Shown here one piece after another: positions 35,237-49,165 of a stretch of DNA of 64,000 nt (position 1 is its first letter; the number at the start of each line of letters is the position of its first letter). Made by a program: the position numbers and the translations under genes. The stretch spans positions 35,774,001 through 35,838,000 of the forward strand of contig NC_087245.1 in assembly GCF_037042905.1 (NCBI RefSeq). The letters run 5' to 3'. The DNA comes from Lytechinus pictus. Taxonomy: Eukaryota. The notes under the pieces were generated by a model. It ran no database searches and had not been told where the DNA came from. It was given only the letters and a program-made list of their open reading frames with translations.

Positions 35237-37944
35237 AATCTGTGTCAGATAAAGATAGCAAAAATGGCATCGTTTAAACAAGCTTTTTTTTTCTCAATAT
35301 ATATGATCAAGTTTATCACACAGTCTTAAAACAAAAAACAAATCCGAAATTATATGTCCCACAGATACCAGACTGCCCTGAAAAGAATACTGGCCAGATT
35401 AGCGTGTAAAAATCACGTTTTGATATATTGGGATTATTTGCTTTACTTTAGTGACATTTTTTTGTAAATTAAAGGGGAAAATAGAAAGTATCACTAAAGA
35501 TGACCCACCAACATTCTGTACAGAGTAGACTGTGCACCAATCGCAAAATATTTTCTGCAAAAATATAGTTTATGGGCTAGAGGTAACACTTAATTTGACA
35601 AAGTCAAGTTGGCTATTTTTATTGAACCAAATTTTATCTGTCAAACGTGAATGAATTTCTTTTCTACTCCATAAACAAGTAGGTCTACTAAATAAACATT
35701 TTACCAAACAAAGAATTAGCTCTAGTACATTTCCACCCAATGAATGAAATATTAATACAAGATTCGCCCGACAAATGAGCAATGGATACAACTTTCAAAC
35801 AGAGAGAAGTACAATTTTTTAGTCGTTCATACAAAATTTACCCGAAAAATGAATTGTTTCAAATTTTACCCCAAATCAATACAAATTTTACCCGGCAATA
35901 AAGTAATCAGGGGCGGCGGAATGTAAAGCCATAAAATGCACTTATAATTACGTCAAAGTTGGCATTTGGTGCAAACGGATATTTTCACCATGAGATTATC
36001 ACTTGCAGAGAAGTTGTGCGTTTTGTATTGATTATTAAGTTCAGCAAAGTCGTTTTGATATGACTTCTGCTTGATAAGATATAGGCTTCATTCTCTAACC
36101 TAAAATGTATTATGTTTTGCTTCAAATATGGTATTTCATTATTATTTTAAAAGGAGGGCATTTTCCATTTTGAAAAAATACAATTTTCCTACGGGGTTTT
36201 TTTGGGGGATGGCAAGTGCCCCCCCTGCATGCCTCCCTGGAAGCAATTAAATCTTCCCGACAACAATGAATACTATATACTTTGGCACATTGCAGAAAAA
36301 GTTGTGTTTAACCCGAAATAGACTGGGCTACTAGTATTTGAGATGTAAAATTGAGGACGGGGGGGGGGGGGGCATGATGCCCTCTTCTGATCTCTCGGCC
36401 GCCGTTCTCGCGATCGCGCCGAAACCTTGCATTCGTATCATAAATTACAAGTCAGTTTATTTTCTTATCATTATGAATAAAATGAGAATAAGTGCAAATT
36501 TTACCAAATATGATTTATACCATTTTTCTCATGTAAGGGATATTGAATTCTTCCCTAAAAAGGGGTTATTAATTCGAAGTTTATCTGATCAAAAAGGAAA
36601 TTGTTTACCTCAATTGCTTGAGCACGATTTTTACCAGAAAGTTAACAACTAAAAACTTCACCATGCAAAGAAGTGATTTTTAAACATTTAATCTTGTGAA
36701 AATAAAATATTCATAAGAATGAAAATTCCACCCTGCCGGTGAAGGATTATTAGATAAATTATTCTATATATGTAAATTAATGGACAAAAGAGAAAATAGT
36801 AATATGATTATTACGATAATTTGTAAACGAGAATACAAATAGTACAATATTAACATGATAATAGTTTTAGGCTATAAAACGATACCTGCTGGTATCCACT
36901 TTTAATTCAAAGTCAGTCATTGTTTTATAAAAAAATAATTGTAAGTACAAGTTTTATTCTTGCAATATGAATACTTCGACAAGAATTTTATTTATTTAAC
37001 CTTTTATACATCAAAAGGGTAAATCATAATTAAAAACGAAAACAGGTTAAAAATCTGAAAAATAACTAGCTATGTGTTGAGTATTTAATACTTACCTCTC
37101 ATTTAATACTATCCCCAAATAAGATATAGGCGTACGCGGATCAGAACAAACGACGAAAAAGAGATTTCGTACACATGTATTTTACGTCCATAGTGGTAAA
37201 AAGCAAACTTACTTTCTCATCTCAGAAGATATGGAACTTTTCGATTATATGAGTTTTAAAATCTAGGATCTGTAAGTGATAAATAATTCCCATCATTCTC
37301 TCATTTAATTCTCTCCAAGAAACGAATGTTATGATGTTACAGAAATGATTTCAAAATGAAAATCTTCCCCTATCTTTCGGCGAGATGCCGTGCTAGTTGG
37401 CGGCTCTCTTTGACCGGGCTCTTTGAGTCGAGATCATCTGTGAGGTACGGAGTCACGAATGACAGTTCAGTTGGTACCTCTGCGTCAAACTAGATCTATT
37501 CACTGACAGCTTATTCCTTTTTATTTCGATTTTTATGTTGAGATGCATTATTCTGATCGCAGGTCCAAATGGACTAAAGTAGGGGGAAAAGAAAGTAACG
37601 CTTTCACGTATCGATTAGAGATTGAGACATTAAGAAGTCTAATGGGAGAAGTAGTAGACGGATAGAGTTTGTTCGATACTTCCATCTCAGAACCTGCCGA
37701 AGTTGATGATGTAGAGGGAATAATGGTTGGTATTGCTACATGTATCTAAAATTGTTACCAAACACGGTGAATATGTTGTGCATACAAATTTAAAACACTT
37801 GAGGTGATCCTATCTATGGTACTATTATCAAAAAATATTTTGTTTATAGGACGAAATGCTTGTACATGTATATAGGACCGAAGTATCTTCTAAATGTTGA
37901 GTGTAGAAAATAACACAATGGTGGTAAATGGTGGTGATATTTTA

Positions 37945-38137
37945 CATGATTGCTAAGAAAGCATGACTGCTTGTATGCAAGCAACCAGAGGACCGACGGC
38001 TTAAGGTCCTCTCCGATGGACCTGGTAATGAGGATGAATGCCTTACCAAAGGGCATCTGGCGCACCAAGAGTGGAATCGAACCTGGGTCACCGGAATCCG
38101 AAACCCCCGCTCTACCGACTGAGCTATCGCGCCTCCT
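37945..38137 (-). mobile_element. tRNA-derived SINE (family C, Deu/Nin-like core)
   Basis: TAGCTCAGTCGG A box, GGTTCGATTCC B box, GGACCTTAAGCCGTCGGTCC core. Confidence 0.7.
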
Positions 38138-38811
38138 CTCTCACATTATTCGGCGAGTCCAGAAAAAACAAAATTTATTGAATGTTATATTTTATCACCT
38201 TACTTCACAATCAAATATCTAATTACACGGCAGAACTTGAACACTTTAAATATGTTCATTTTTTAGCGGTTTTCACTAGGTTTTGAGCACTACTGTACTT
38301 GCAAGGAATAAAATAAGTGAGACGTGCTGTTCCAAATATTATTTCCTTTTATTTGGGCAAGCTTCAAATCATATCGACGGCCTTCACCAGGTATAACAAT
38401 CAATAACGAAATAGCATGAACGTTATAATATCAGCAAAATTATATTCAAAGTATGAAATTGTAATCATTATCATCGGAGTATATATTTATCTTNNNNNNN
38501 NNNNNNNNNNNNNNNNNNNNNNNNNNNNNNNNNNNNNNNNNNNNNNNNNNNNNNNNNNNNNNNNNNNNNNNNNNNNNNNNNNNNNNNNNNNNNNNNNNNN
38601 NNNNNNNNNNNNNNNNNNNNNNNNNNNNNNNNNNNNNNNNNCACGTATTGGTAATTATTAGACATCAGAAATGCGAAAGAAGTGATTACACAAGTAATGC
38701 ATGTTTGCATTGCCAACATGCTCTTCATTAGGGCATTGTAAAATGTACTTCTCTCATTTCACAATTCATCCCTGAAGAAAGCAGATGCCTATCGAAAATT
38801 TTGATTCTCTA

Positions 38812-39335
38812 TTAAAAAGGTGCTCAAGGGTGAAAATATTATGGTTTAAACAGATAGAGAGGAATCAGACAAACAAAACACTGAAAATTTGACCAAAATC
38901 GGTCGAGGAATAACAAAGTTTTGACATTCTAAACATTTGCATTATTTCGGTGAAACAGTTATATGCATGTCTTCATGAATATTCAATGAGCAAACTGATG
39001 ATGTCATATCCCCACCTGTTCTTTTGTATTTTATTACATGAAATTATATTAATTCAATTTTTTTCTGCAAGAACTAAAAAAAAACATGGATTGACAACTG
39101 CTTTAATGCAATAGACATTCATTGCTGTAACTTATTTATTATAAGGGAGACTATCACTCACACATATATAAAAAAATGAAATAATTATGATTTCATGTAA
39201 TAACATAAGAAAAAGGAAAGCGGTGATGTGACATCATCAGTCCACCAAATGAATATTTATAAAGACGTGCATACATCTGTTTTCACAATATATTGTCAAA
39301 CTTTATATTCAATAACTTTGTTATTTGTCAACCGA
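38812..39335. mobile_element. Degraded Kolobok-like MITE (relative at ~30766-31335)
   Basis: Shares CACTGAAAATTT...AAAATCGG and GATGATGTCA...TGACATCATC arms with the 21715 and 40623 elements. Confidence 0.6.
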
Positions 39336-40134
39336 ATTAGCAACAGAAGAAAAAAGAAGAAGTAAAAGAAGTAGAAGAAGAAGGAAAAGAAGAAGTAGAC
39401 GACGAAAAAAAAAACAAGTTATGAAGAAGAGTAGGAAAAACAAGTTATATTAAAACAATTATTCATTAAAAAAAATTAGCATGGTGGAAATTTCGAAAGA
39501 TTTACTTACAAAGTACTTGTTCTCTTCTACGTGTGCGTTGCCTTTCAAAAAACATCCAACTATTCGTTCAGGTAGGTCTATTATCCATTTTCATAAACAG
39601 ATCTTTAAAAAGATATACATAAGGTGCCCAAATTTCTATATTAGTTAGTGATGTCCATAAAGAAACTTGATTTTGAGCACCTCCTCTTCGAAACGAGTCG
39701 ATTGAAGATGAGCATTTAAGGGCCAATCCTTGATCTTTTTGCTCGGGTCCTTCGAAGAAGAGTCTCGATCAATCCATGGAGGTACAATCACGCACCTCTT
39801 ACTTCAAGTGTCTTCGGATTACAGGCTTGGTGTGTTTCGCTTTCACTGATCAGCGCAAACAATTAGGAGAATTTAGTCGCTAGCTTAACAACAGTCTCGA
39901 CGTAAAGAGGTGACTCTCTCCATGCTCTCCCTCTTCTATTTTGCTACCAAAAGATCGATGATGACTGAATGAACGTCATTAGGAAGCATTCGGCCTTCTT
40001 TCGGTTGTTTCTTTGTCCCAGTATGAGGCGGAGCTAAAACATGAATATATCAAGGGTTTTTGATATAATACTCTCAATAAAACAACTGATATTACGCGAC
40101 GGAATATGAACATGATGAATCTAAATGCCCTCCT

Positions 40135-40522
40135 GGGCGATTCCATACGTGTCGTACGGGACATTTCTACAATTTCTAGTCTCTTAGCAGACGGCTTGAG
40201 CAATACATTTTATTTTTTTGCCAATGATAAAGTTATAGTGGGTAGTCATGTGGAAAACTGATAACCAACAAAAGACAATTGATTATGGGTGAATCAAAGG
40301 TGAAAATGATGTGTGTCGTACGGCACTCAGAAATGTCCCGTACGACACTCAACATTTTCACCTGTAATTCACCCATGGACAACATAATTTGGTTGTCATT
40401 TTTTTACATGGCTACCCAGTGGTACGTCAGTTTTACCTCAAAACAAATTGAAGTTTCTCGTTTGTTTGGACAGCAGGGCGAAAATGTGAAAATGGCTGAT
40501 ATTTTCTAGCATGGAATCGCCC
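40135..40522. mobile_element. MITE with GGGCGATTCCAT TIRs
   Basis: GGGCGATTCCAT ... ATGGAATCGCCC; internal inverted GTGTCGTACGGGACATTTC. Confidence 0.7.
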
Positions 40523-40622
40523 TCCCTCGATGGCATCCATGCAGTTTGTAAAACAAGCAATACATCTTATCAAGCATGCAGACAAATGGCATTAGGATAA
40601 AGAACTCACTGAGATCGTTTAA

Positions 40623-41214
40623 AGGACAAGTCCACCCCAACAAAAAGTTGATTTGAATAAAAAGAGAAAAATCCAACAAGCATAACACTGAAAATTTCAT
40701 TAAAATCGGATGTAAAATAAGAAAGTTATGACATTTTAAAGTTTCGCTTAATTTCACAAAACAGTTATATGCACATCCTGGTCGGTTCGCAAATGAGGAG
40801 ACTGATGGCGTCATCCACTCACTATTTCTGTTGTATTTTATTATATGAAATATGAAATATTCTAATTTTCTCCTCACTGTCAACTGATACAATGATTAAT
40901 TCCTCCCTGAACATGTGGGATTAGCATTGTTTAATACAATATGGTTCAGTCAAGTTGGTCCTTATTGTCAAATATGAAAAAAATGAAATATTGTATAATT
41001 CAAACAATAAAAAACAAAAGAAATAGTGAGTGATGGACATCATCGACTGACTCACCTAGTTGTGCATATCACTGTTTTGTGAAAAATAAGCGAAACTTTA
41101 AAATGTCATAACTTTCTTATTTTACATCCGATTTTGATGAAATTTTCAGCACTATGCTAGTTTGATTTTTCTCTATTTTTTAAAGTCAGCATATTCCTGG
41201 GGTGGACTTGACCT
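40623..41214. mobile_element. Intact Kolobok-like MITE with TTAA TSD
   Basis: TTAA|AGGACAAGTCCACCCC ... GGGGTGGACTTGACCT|TTAA. Confidence 0.9.
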
Positions 41215-42128
41215 TTAAAGAATGACTGTGGCTTTCATTGCAATATCACTGTACTCAGAGGCGGTTCTTTAGAGGGTTATAGGGACTTGTGACTTTTCGA
41301 GTGTTAAAAAGAAAGAAAAGTGTCAATAAGAGGGGTCCAGTTATGTAACTCTACATTACCCCTACTTATTCAATTGAAAAACAAAGATGGCGTCAACTTT
41401 TCTCTGGGAACACTGCCAGGGCTCTTGTGAAGCACCCATCACAAATATAAAGGGAATTTTCCAAATTATGCACCTAGTTATTATAGGATCTTTCCTGGTA
41501 ATATTCTTAATTAGAATGATACTAATTATGTCACTTTTAATTTGAAAAAAAAAAAACATGTTTGGACTGTAGAGCATCTAATACAAATGTTGATAGACAT
41601 AAGAATTTCCATATTCTTACTACTTATATATTAATTTACTTTGAAATTATACCAATGTCACAATAATATTTCATTGTGATGTCATAATAATGTAACGATA
41701 ATGATTAGTTTGAAGAGTTATGATCGTATCAGTTCGTTGGTGTTAATTACGCTCTAAATATTGAGATAATGAACATATGGGTTGTGGTGTAGTAAGTCTA
41801 TTTATTGGAGCAGTAAAAATATTGGTGGATGAACTCCCAATATCTAATTTCGACAGCCGATTAAATAATAAAAAAAATGTTTGCACAGTTACTAAATTAC
41901 ACCGTGGGAGGTACTTTATTCTCATATTATATCCGTTTCATTTGAATGAGCGCGTTCTTTGGTAAACTGCAACTCTTACTTCGACAGACTAGTAGATTGC
42001 AAATTATTCTTTGGAAATGGGGTATAAAGGGAATTGTTTGAATTTAACAATGATAAACTAACAATTACGCTTGAAAGGCCAATAGTCTCGCAACAAGAAT
42101 TACTTTTTTTATGATTGGGTCTTGAAAT

Positions 42129-42333
42129 GGTTCCATGACATTTGCTCCGGCGACAATTGCTCTGCTGCAAATTCCACACATTTAATGGAGACCAACTTTA
42201 ACCCTCGATTTAACACTATACCCTATCCTAATCCTAACCCCAACGTAACATAAAACCCTGTTACAACCCTAACCCTATATCTTAGACGAAATAAAATCCG
42301 GAGCAATTGTCGCCGGAGCAATGTCGTGTAACC
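42129..42333. mobile_element. MITE with internal CCCTAA/CCTAAC-like repeats
   Basis: GACATTTGCTCCGGCGACAATTGCTC ... GAGCAATTGTCGCCGGAGCAATGTC inverted ends. Confidence 0.8.
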
Positions 42334-42715
42334 CATATGGGGATAGCCTATTGTGGGAGTCTTGAAACAATCATTGCGAGTTCAAGTTTTTTTTCCCAAA
42401 TTGTTGAGGAGAATGTCAGTATATTAAAGGGTTCTCTAGATATCCTAACCATTAAATCCCGGTAAGTGTATGGGTTGGACATTAATAAATACCATAAAAC
42501 GATAATGATGATACATACCTGTATTATCATTGCATGGACCCACAATGTTAATGTTCGCCATTATGTAGAACCAAACATCTTACAGATTTCATCATTAATC
42601 TCAGATCCATCATAACCCAATTCCTTTTTTTATTCCAAAAATTCAATCTGGTCGACAAGATCTTATCTTTTGATGAGAGCAAGTCTTGTTTTTGGACTCG
42701 AATATCGAAGTCCAG

Positions 42716-42985
42716 GGGCCTGTCTTACAAAGAGTTGCGATCGATCCGATCAATCGCAACAATGGAAAGCCAGCAACGTCAACATCTAAAATACATGCTT
42801 GTTCAGAATATTTTCTAGAAATGACATATATTCATACATTCACTGTTTTCTTGACAATTCAGCATGCTTCCCGTTGTTTTCAAAGGACATTGAGCAAATT
42901 TCCAAAAGAAAAAATTATGACATTGATGGATTTCCATATACTTGAGATTGATGGGATCAATCGTAACTCTTTGTAAGACGGGGCC
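42716..42985. mobile_element. PIF/Harbinger-like MITE
   Basis: GTCTTACAAAGAGTT ... AACTCTTTGTAAGAC TIRs; 3-bp CAG TSD. Confidence 0.8.
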
Positions 42986-43708
42986 CAGGTCTTAAAGTTG
43001 GAATTGACAGAGGCCATGAAGCAAAGAGATGTTGCTTTAAATAATCTCCAAGTCTTCTATTTTTTTCAAATGATCAACCCAGAAAGAATGTAAAGTTCAA
43101 TGGACTTGTGCTTTCTGGAAGAACTACTCTCATATTTTAGTACAGAAAACTGTATTGGTATAATGCTTAACGCGGTATAATATCCCAAATTTTCATATTT
43201 TCGATTTCATCAAACAATTTACATATAATCTATCCAAAAATAAATTTTTATCGAAATTTGCCTCTCTTTTTTATTTTTTTCCCCAAGGATTTGACTAGGG
43301 AGCCAGTTAAGAGCTTTCTCCTGCTGACACCAGAGGCTCTTCGTAAATGTCAAATAAATTGATAGAATCAAACGATATGAATATAAGGAAATATAAGTTA
43401 TTTCTTTAAAAAAAAATGTGTATGTTTTCTGGTGGTTGTAAGACATTTAAATATTCAGTTCTTTCATCTTTTTCCCACAACAAACTGATTGGGAAAAGGC
43501 AGATAAAAATTCCACAAAGAAATAAATATAGGCGTACCTCACTAATAATTATTTCATTTTTGATAGTTGGCAGACGTATACAGATTTGTTCATGAGCTTT
43601 AAATGATTCTTAAAAAATTAGATTAAAGTCAAGTCTGTCAAGTATTCTGGAGACAACCACCTGTCATTTTATTCATCATCATTAAACCATCGAGTAGCAC
43701 ACACCCTG

Positions 43709-43965
43709 TCGTACAACCCATATACACCAGATACAATCCATCTACACCAGGCACAGCACCGTACAACCCATCTACATCAGACACAGCACCATACAACCCA
43801 TCTGCACCAGACACAACACCAGACACGGTACCATACAACCCATCGACACCAGACACGGCACCATACAACCCATCAACACCAGGCAAGGCACCATACAACC
43901 CATCTACACCAGACACAGCACCATACAGCTCATCTTTACCAGACACAGCACCATACAACCCATAT
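43709..43965. repeat. 30-bp minisatellite (CCATACAACCCATCTACACCAGACACAGCA), ~8 units
   Basis: Direct reading. Confidence 0.9.
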
Positions 43966-46900
43966 CAACCAAACACATTTCCTGCATCAACTCATCCAAA
44001 TATATTCAAGTTACTCAAATTATTCAGCGTGAAAATACTGCAAAATGAACTATACCGAATTCCTAGAATGTAAAAAAAATAGGAGTTTTTTTTTACTTCA
44101 CCTATTCCCAGCAAACAAACAATAATGAAAAGAAAAAGAAAGAAAGATAAGGATTATGAGCAAAGTGTAATTTAAGGGGGCAGGTATTCAGGATCATAAC
44201 CTCTTAGGTGTTGTACTTGATACAAAATTCCTTATTTTGATAATCTCGTGTAAAATATCATGAGGGCTTTCTCAAGAAGCCTTTCACTGGCAACATTGCA
44301 ATAAGCTACTGAAATCCTTGCATCTGATTGGCTCGGAGTAAATTTGTCTGTGAATCATTGTAAACAAGAGCCTCCATGAAACGACCCCTGCTGACCCTTG
44401 AAGGACACCTCGTTTAACGACGTCGATTAGTGCAGACCCTTTTTATTATCTACAATAATTGAGGATTAAAAAAGCTTGATGAATGAAAGTGATTTCGATT
44501 TAGTGGAGACGGCTTTGGATCAATAAGTAAACTTAAAGATTTGTTTTTCCACCACTTAACCTTTTGTTCCAATACTTTTGAAGGAGTTAAAGAAGTTTTT
44601 ATCGAATGGCTTTCCAATGGTAAGAAGGGGGAAACGGGGGAGTGGGGGGGGGGGTGAGTGAGAGTGAATGACAGACAGCGCAGAGAGAGGCGAGTAGTCA
44701 GGGCGCTAGACCTTTTGGCCGCCAAAAAACGAAGGGGGGTGTAAAAGGAGGAGAAAATTACAAAATATTTAGATTGCCCAAGCATTAATATCTCTTTTTA
44801 TCATGATGTCTGTTGCTTAAACAGACATCACAGAAATCTTGCAAAGGAATCAGAATCTGTATTGGTGTGAAATTGACAACTTCCGGGGCTCTCTCAAGCT
44901 TCCTATGACGGTGAATTCTGTTTCAAGGAGCGCAGGAGCTTTGTGCAATACCATGATCAGAGACATTAAGCAAGCGTTCTTTGAATATGGTGGATATTTA
45001 ATGTAGGTTAGTTCTTTGATAATTTAGGGGGGTCCACCTAAAATTTTGGGATGGACACAGGTAAAAAATTTGACAAGCAAAAAAAAAAAAAAGGGTTATC
45101 GACAAAAAATTTAGGGGGGAACGTCCCCCCACCTCAAATTTAGGGGGGGGGACAGGACCCCGCCCCCCCCCCCCCGCTTCCGCCGCCTATGATATATTAC
45201 AAATTAGGTATAAAACATGGCCCTGTGAAGCGGAGGTGCAGGGTGCTTTGATTCATACTGTTGAAATGCTCATACACAGTGTGAAGGTGATTTCACAGTG
45301 TGTTCTACACAGTGAACACACTGTGGGACTCTGCGTTCTTTCCTGTAGGGAAACCCAATTCTTGATAGAATGTGAACTACATCTAAACAGACAGGTGGGG
45401 AGAAGAAGGGGGGGGGGGTCGTGGGAATTTCTTGTAAAGGGCATATACAACATTTGATTCGATGTTTTGCATCCTTCCCTTATAGCACACTAGATTTTGA
45501 TTCTTTTTAAATTTCTGACATCGAGAGTGTATCAGGACCGGGGGTCCCTTGATCGAATCCCCGCAGCTTGGCAGCAGCAAAAAGAAAAGAAAAAAAGGGG
45601 AAAGAGAGCAAGGAGGAAATATTTAATTAAAAAAAAAGATAATAAAAAGGGAATGAAACACGGGGCTTAAAATATCCCGTTTTTAAGTCAATGTGTACAA
45701 AATAATAATTATACCGAGTATCACTATTTTGTTCCAGCTATAGTACGCATCCTGTTTATGATTACAAAAATTACTAAATTTGTTCAATTCGCGCTACGCG
45801 CTCACATTCTTGAGTAGCAAGATAGGTACCCTATCCCTGAATTTTAACTAACATATTCACTTTGCAGGTCGGTAAACCTATATCAATTATTTTCAGCGCA
45901 TTTCATTCGCATTAATTGTTTAGTTAGATACTCATCCTGTTCATGATTTCATAAGGTGCTTAGAATGTCCCGTTCATAATACATCTCACTCCCCCACCAA
46001 AATTCAGCTTGCATTTCACGCTTGCCCCATTTATTTAAAAAGTCCTCTACATGATATAAGGTCTTGCATATTAAACAGTGCATAACTTCAGTTGACCAAC
46101 TCGATCTTCACGCTCGCATTGATTTGTTAAATGAGTTACACAGCTCTTTCTTTGCTTTTAAAGCGTGCTCAAAATGTTCGGTTTTCAGACTTGAATATAA
46201 AAAAAAAATTCAGCTCGCTCTTCACCCTTGCATCAGCATCCTGATCTTGATAGCTTGTTTAAATATATTTGAATAAATGAATAAATTTCTTAAACACGAC
46301 ACCCAACCTTTCCATGACAGAAAGTGAATAGAATGCCGTTTTCTGGTCTAAACCTCAGAAAGCTCTCATTTCACAAATAATTGGGTTTTTTAATGTAAAT
46401 CTTGCTCTTTATCAAAATGTCCACAAACTGTCAATTTTTTCAGATCAAATATCAAAACTTTCAGCGCGCTCTTCGCGCTCGCATAAATTGTTGATTTGAA
46501 TACCTATCCTAATTATCGGTACAAAAAGTGCTTAGAATGTCAAGCTTTCAGGTCAGAAGATCAACTTATTTCAGCTCGCACTTCGCGCTCGCATTATTTG
46601 GTAGGTGAGGTATGTATCCTCATGAGTCACAAAAAACACTCCAAAACAGGTTTCTTTTCCTGTCTTCAGGTCAGTATATTACAAAATTCAGCTCGCGCTT
46701 CGCGTTCGCATTAATTGATACTTAGATACGCATCTTGATCACCATTACAAAAATTTGTCTTAGAGTTCATTTTTTCATGTCTGAATACATAAAATAAAAC
46801 AAAATGGAGTTTTTCCTTAAATTATTTATTGAAGCTGTCGATTGGGAAAAAATGTGGATGACCCCCCCCCCCCCGCATTGGCGAAAGCTGGGTCCACCCC

Positions 46901-48386
46901 GGGGAGTAACGGAACTGATCATATACTAGAAAGATTCACTCTTCATAATTCGGAACCCTCTCATAGATGTCCGGGTTACGGTCCTGTGTATGAAAATGAA
47001 ACATTTTGAAAACGCCTTGAGCTTACCACGATTTTGTTTTTTAAAATGTTTTATTACAATCTACAGAATTCGTGCAAAATAAAATGTGATATGAAATAAT
47101 GATTTTTTTTTTATACATCACCCCTACACCACCACACGTATACCCTTATACACAGAATGATAGGCACATTCAAAATGAAGCAGAGAAACAAGTTATCGTC
47201 ATCGTTTTCTTATCAAATTGTTTCTTTAATAATTCACCATCACGCATTTTGTCAGTAAATAATACACCAATATGAAACCACATTTGTATAAATTAATGAA
47301 TAATAAAATTTCAATTGCAATAAATTTGGCAAAATCAATAGCATGTATAACAACCAATTGAGCATTAACCAACCAACGATTACTTTCCCGTATTCTCACC
47401 AGCGAAATGATATTAAGATCATAGTGATTACTTTCCCGTACTCTCACCAACGAAATATTAAGATCATAGTATAGACGGTGCGAGGGGTGACCATAAAATG
47501 GCGGATATTGCTTTATCAAGCGCTGTAAAGACTAGATATATTCGTTGCGCTAAAAATCTGTCACACCCCGATCAATTTGAATTGAGTTTATGTAACATTT
47601 TAGTTTCGAAGAAAGCCTCTAAAGTAGAAGTATACACTGAGAAATTAATATCACAATTATTATTGCAAGTGTCCACAAAAACAAGCGCTAAACTAATCTG
47701 AGAAATATGAAAATCTCAGAAATCTCAATATTTTCTTAAGATCGATGATCACTTTTAAAAAGCCACTTATGATACGTCAGGCAGTGTTTACATAGATTAA
47801 GATAAGTTAAATGATCAAAACCACTTTTTACGGAGGCTATAGTATGTGTACAAAAATGGGTTTCATGGTTGTTGTATGTTTGTATGTATGTTTTATTTAT
47901 TTAAATACGGGATAAAAAACCCTACTATCAGCCGCAAGGCTGTTTTTCAGCAAGTCCGTACATAAAAGTTGAAAAACATAAAACAATAAATTATAAATCA
48001 TGAACAAATTGTCAAATGAAACTGTTTGCCATTTTTTTAGGGGAGTACTTAAACTGTGTATTTTTGTATGATTTCTTCCCTTCAACTTCTTCTCTAAAGA
48101 CTTTTCTCTTAGTCGCGAAATGAACATGATTTCGGAAAGATCATAAACGTTCTGAGTAAGATTTGAGCACATATCGAAGATTTTCAGACCATTTAAAGTC
48201 TTTCAAGAATAAAGCACAGCACGAAATATTTTGGCAAATTCGTCTGGAATCGTTCCCGAATCAAATCAAATATTTTCGTATTGTTTGTTTGTTTGTTTTT
48301 ATTTTCATAAAAAAAATAAACATAAATGAAATACATGAAATCAAGAAAATATTTGTAATGGAGAATGGCCCATTTCAGCGACATAT

Positions 48387-49165
48387 GAAGAGCTCACTTG
48401 CAAAAGGGGTTAGGTTAATTTTTCATCAAATTTGATTTTTTGGTCACAATGTATAGATTTTTAGTAGCTCTATAAGATGATACCAAAGAAAAGTTGAAAT
48501 TCCTATTTAAAAGTGATCAAAAATGGCAAAGAAAAATCACTTTTTTTTCAAAAGGGCTTAGGTCCATTTCAGTTTAGTTGCAAAAGGGATTAGGTCCACA
48601 CCGAATTTTTTTTAATACCCAATTTCATGTTGTCATGGTAGGGAATCTTGAAAATTTAGTTTCGCATAAGAATATGCAATATAGAAGAATTAAAAAAATG
48701 ATTTTCTTGGAGTGGACCTAAGCCCTTTTGCAAACAAACTCTTCTGAAGAGCTCATTTGTCAAAAGGGGTTAGGTCCATTGTTCATAAATTTTATTGTTT
48801 TCTGTCTCAAAACCTCTAAATTTTTAGTCGCTTTGATGAAAACAAAGACAATTTGAAATTTACATGAAAACGTGAAAAAAAAGTGGCAAAGAAAAATCAC
48901 TTTTTTAATCAAAATAGATTGGATTCATTTCAGTTTACTTGCAAAAGGGCTTAGGTCCACAATGATAATTTTTTAAAGAATTCATAGAAAAAATTGAAGA
49001 CAGGTATAGATTTCTTTTATACCCAATTTTATGTTCACATAATAGGGTAGTACATCATGACAATTTAGTTTCTCATAAGAATATTGCAGTAAGTGAGAAT
49101 AAAAAACATGGTTTTTCTCAGAATGGTCCAAAGTGGACCTAAGCCCTTTTGCAATTAAACTCTTC
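48387..49165. mobile_element. Head-to-tail dimer of a GAAGAG...CTCTTC MITE flanked by ATAT
   Basis: Units 48387-48744 and 48746-49165; TTGCAAAAGGG(C/G)TTAGGTCC motif repeated. Confidence 0.8.

Larger units (their letters stand above)
41690..43080 (-). mobile_element. Highly decayed LINE (endonuclease region) interrupted by two MITEs
   Basis: Remnant NIFT-type endonuclease motif in ORF 41743-41925; many stops. Confidence 0.4.

Noticed and set aside
38075-38137. tRNA-like sequence
   Set aside because: SINE head; no complete cloverleaf
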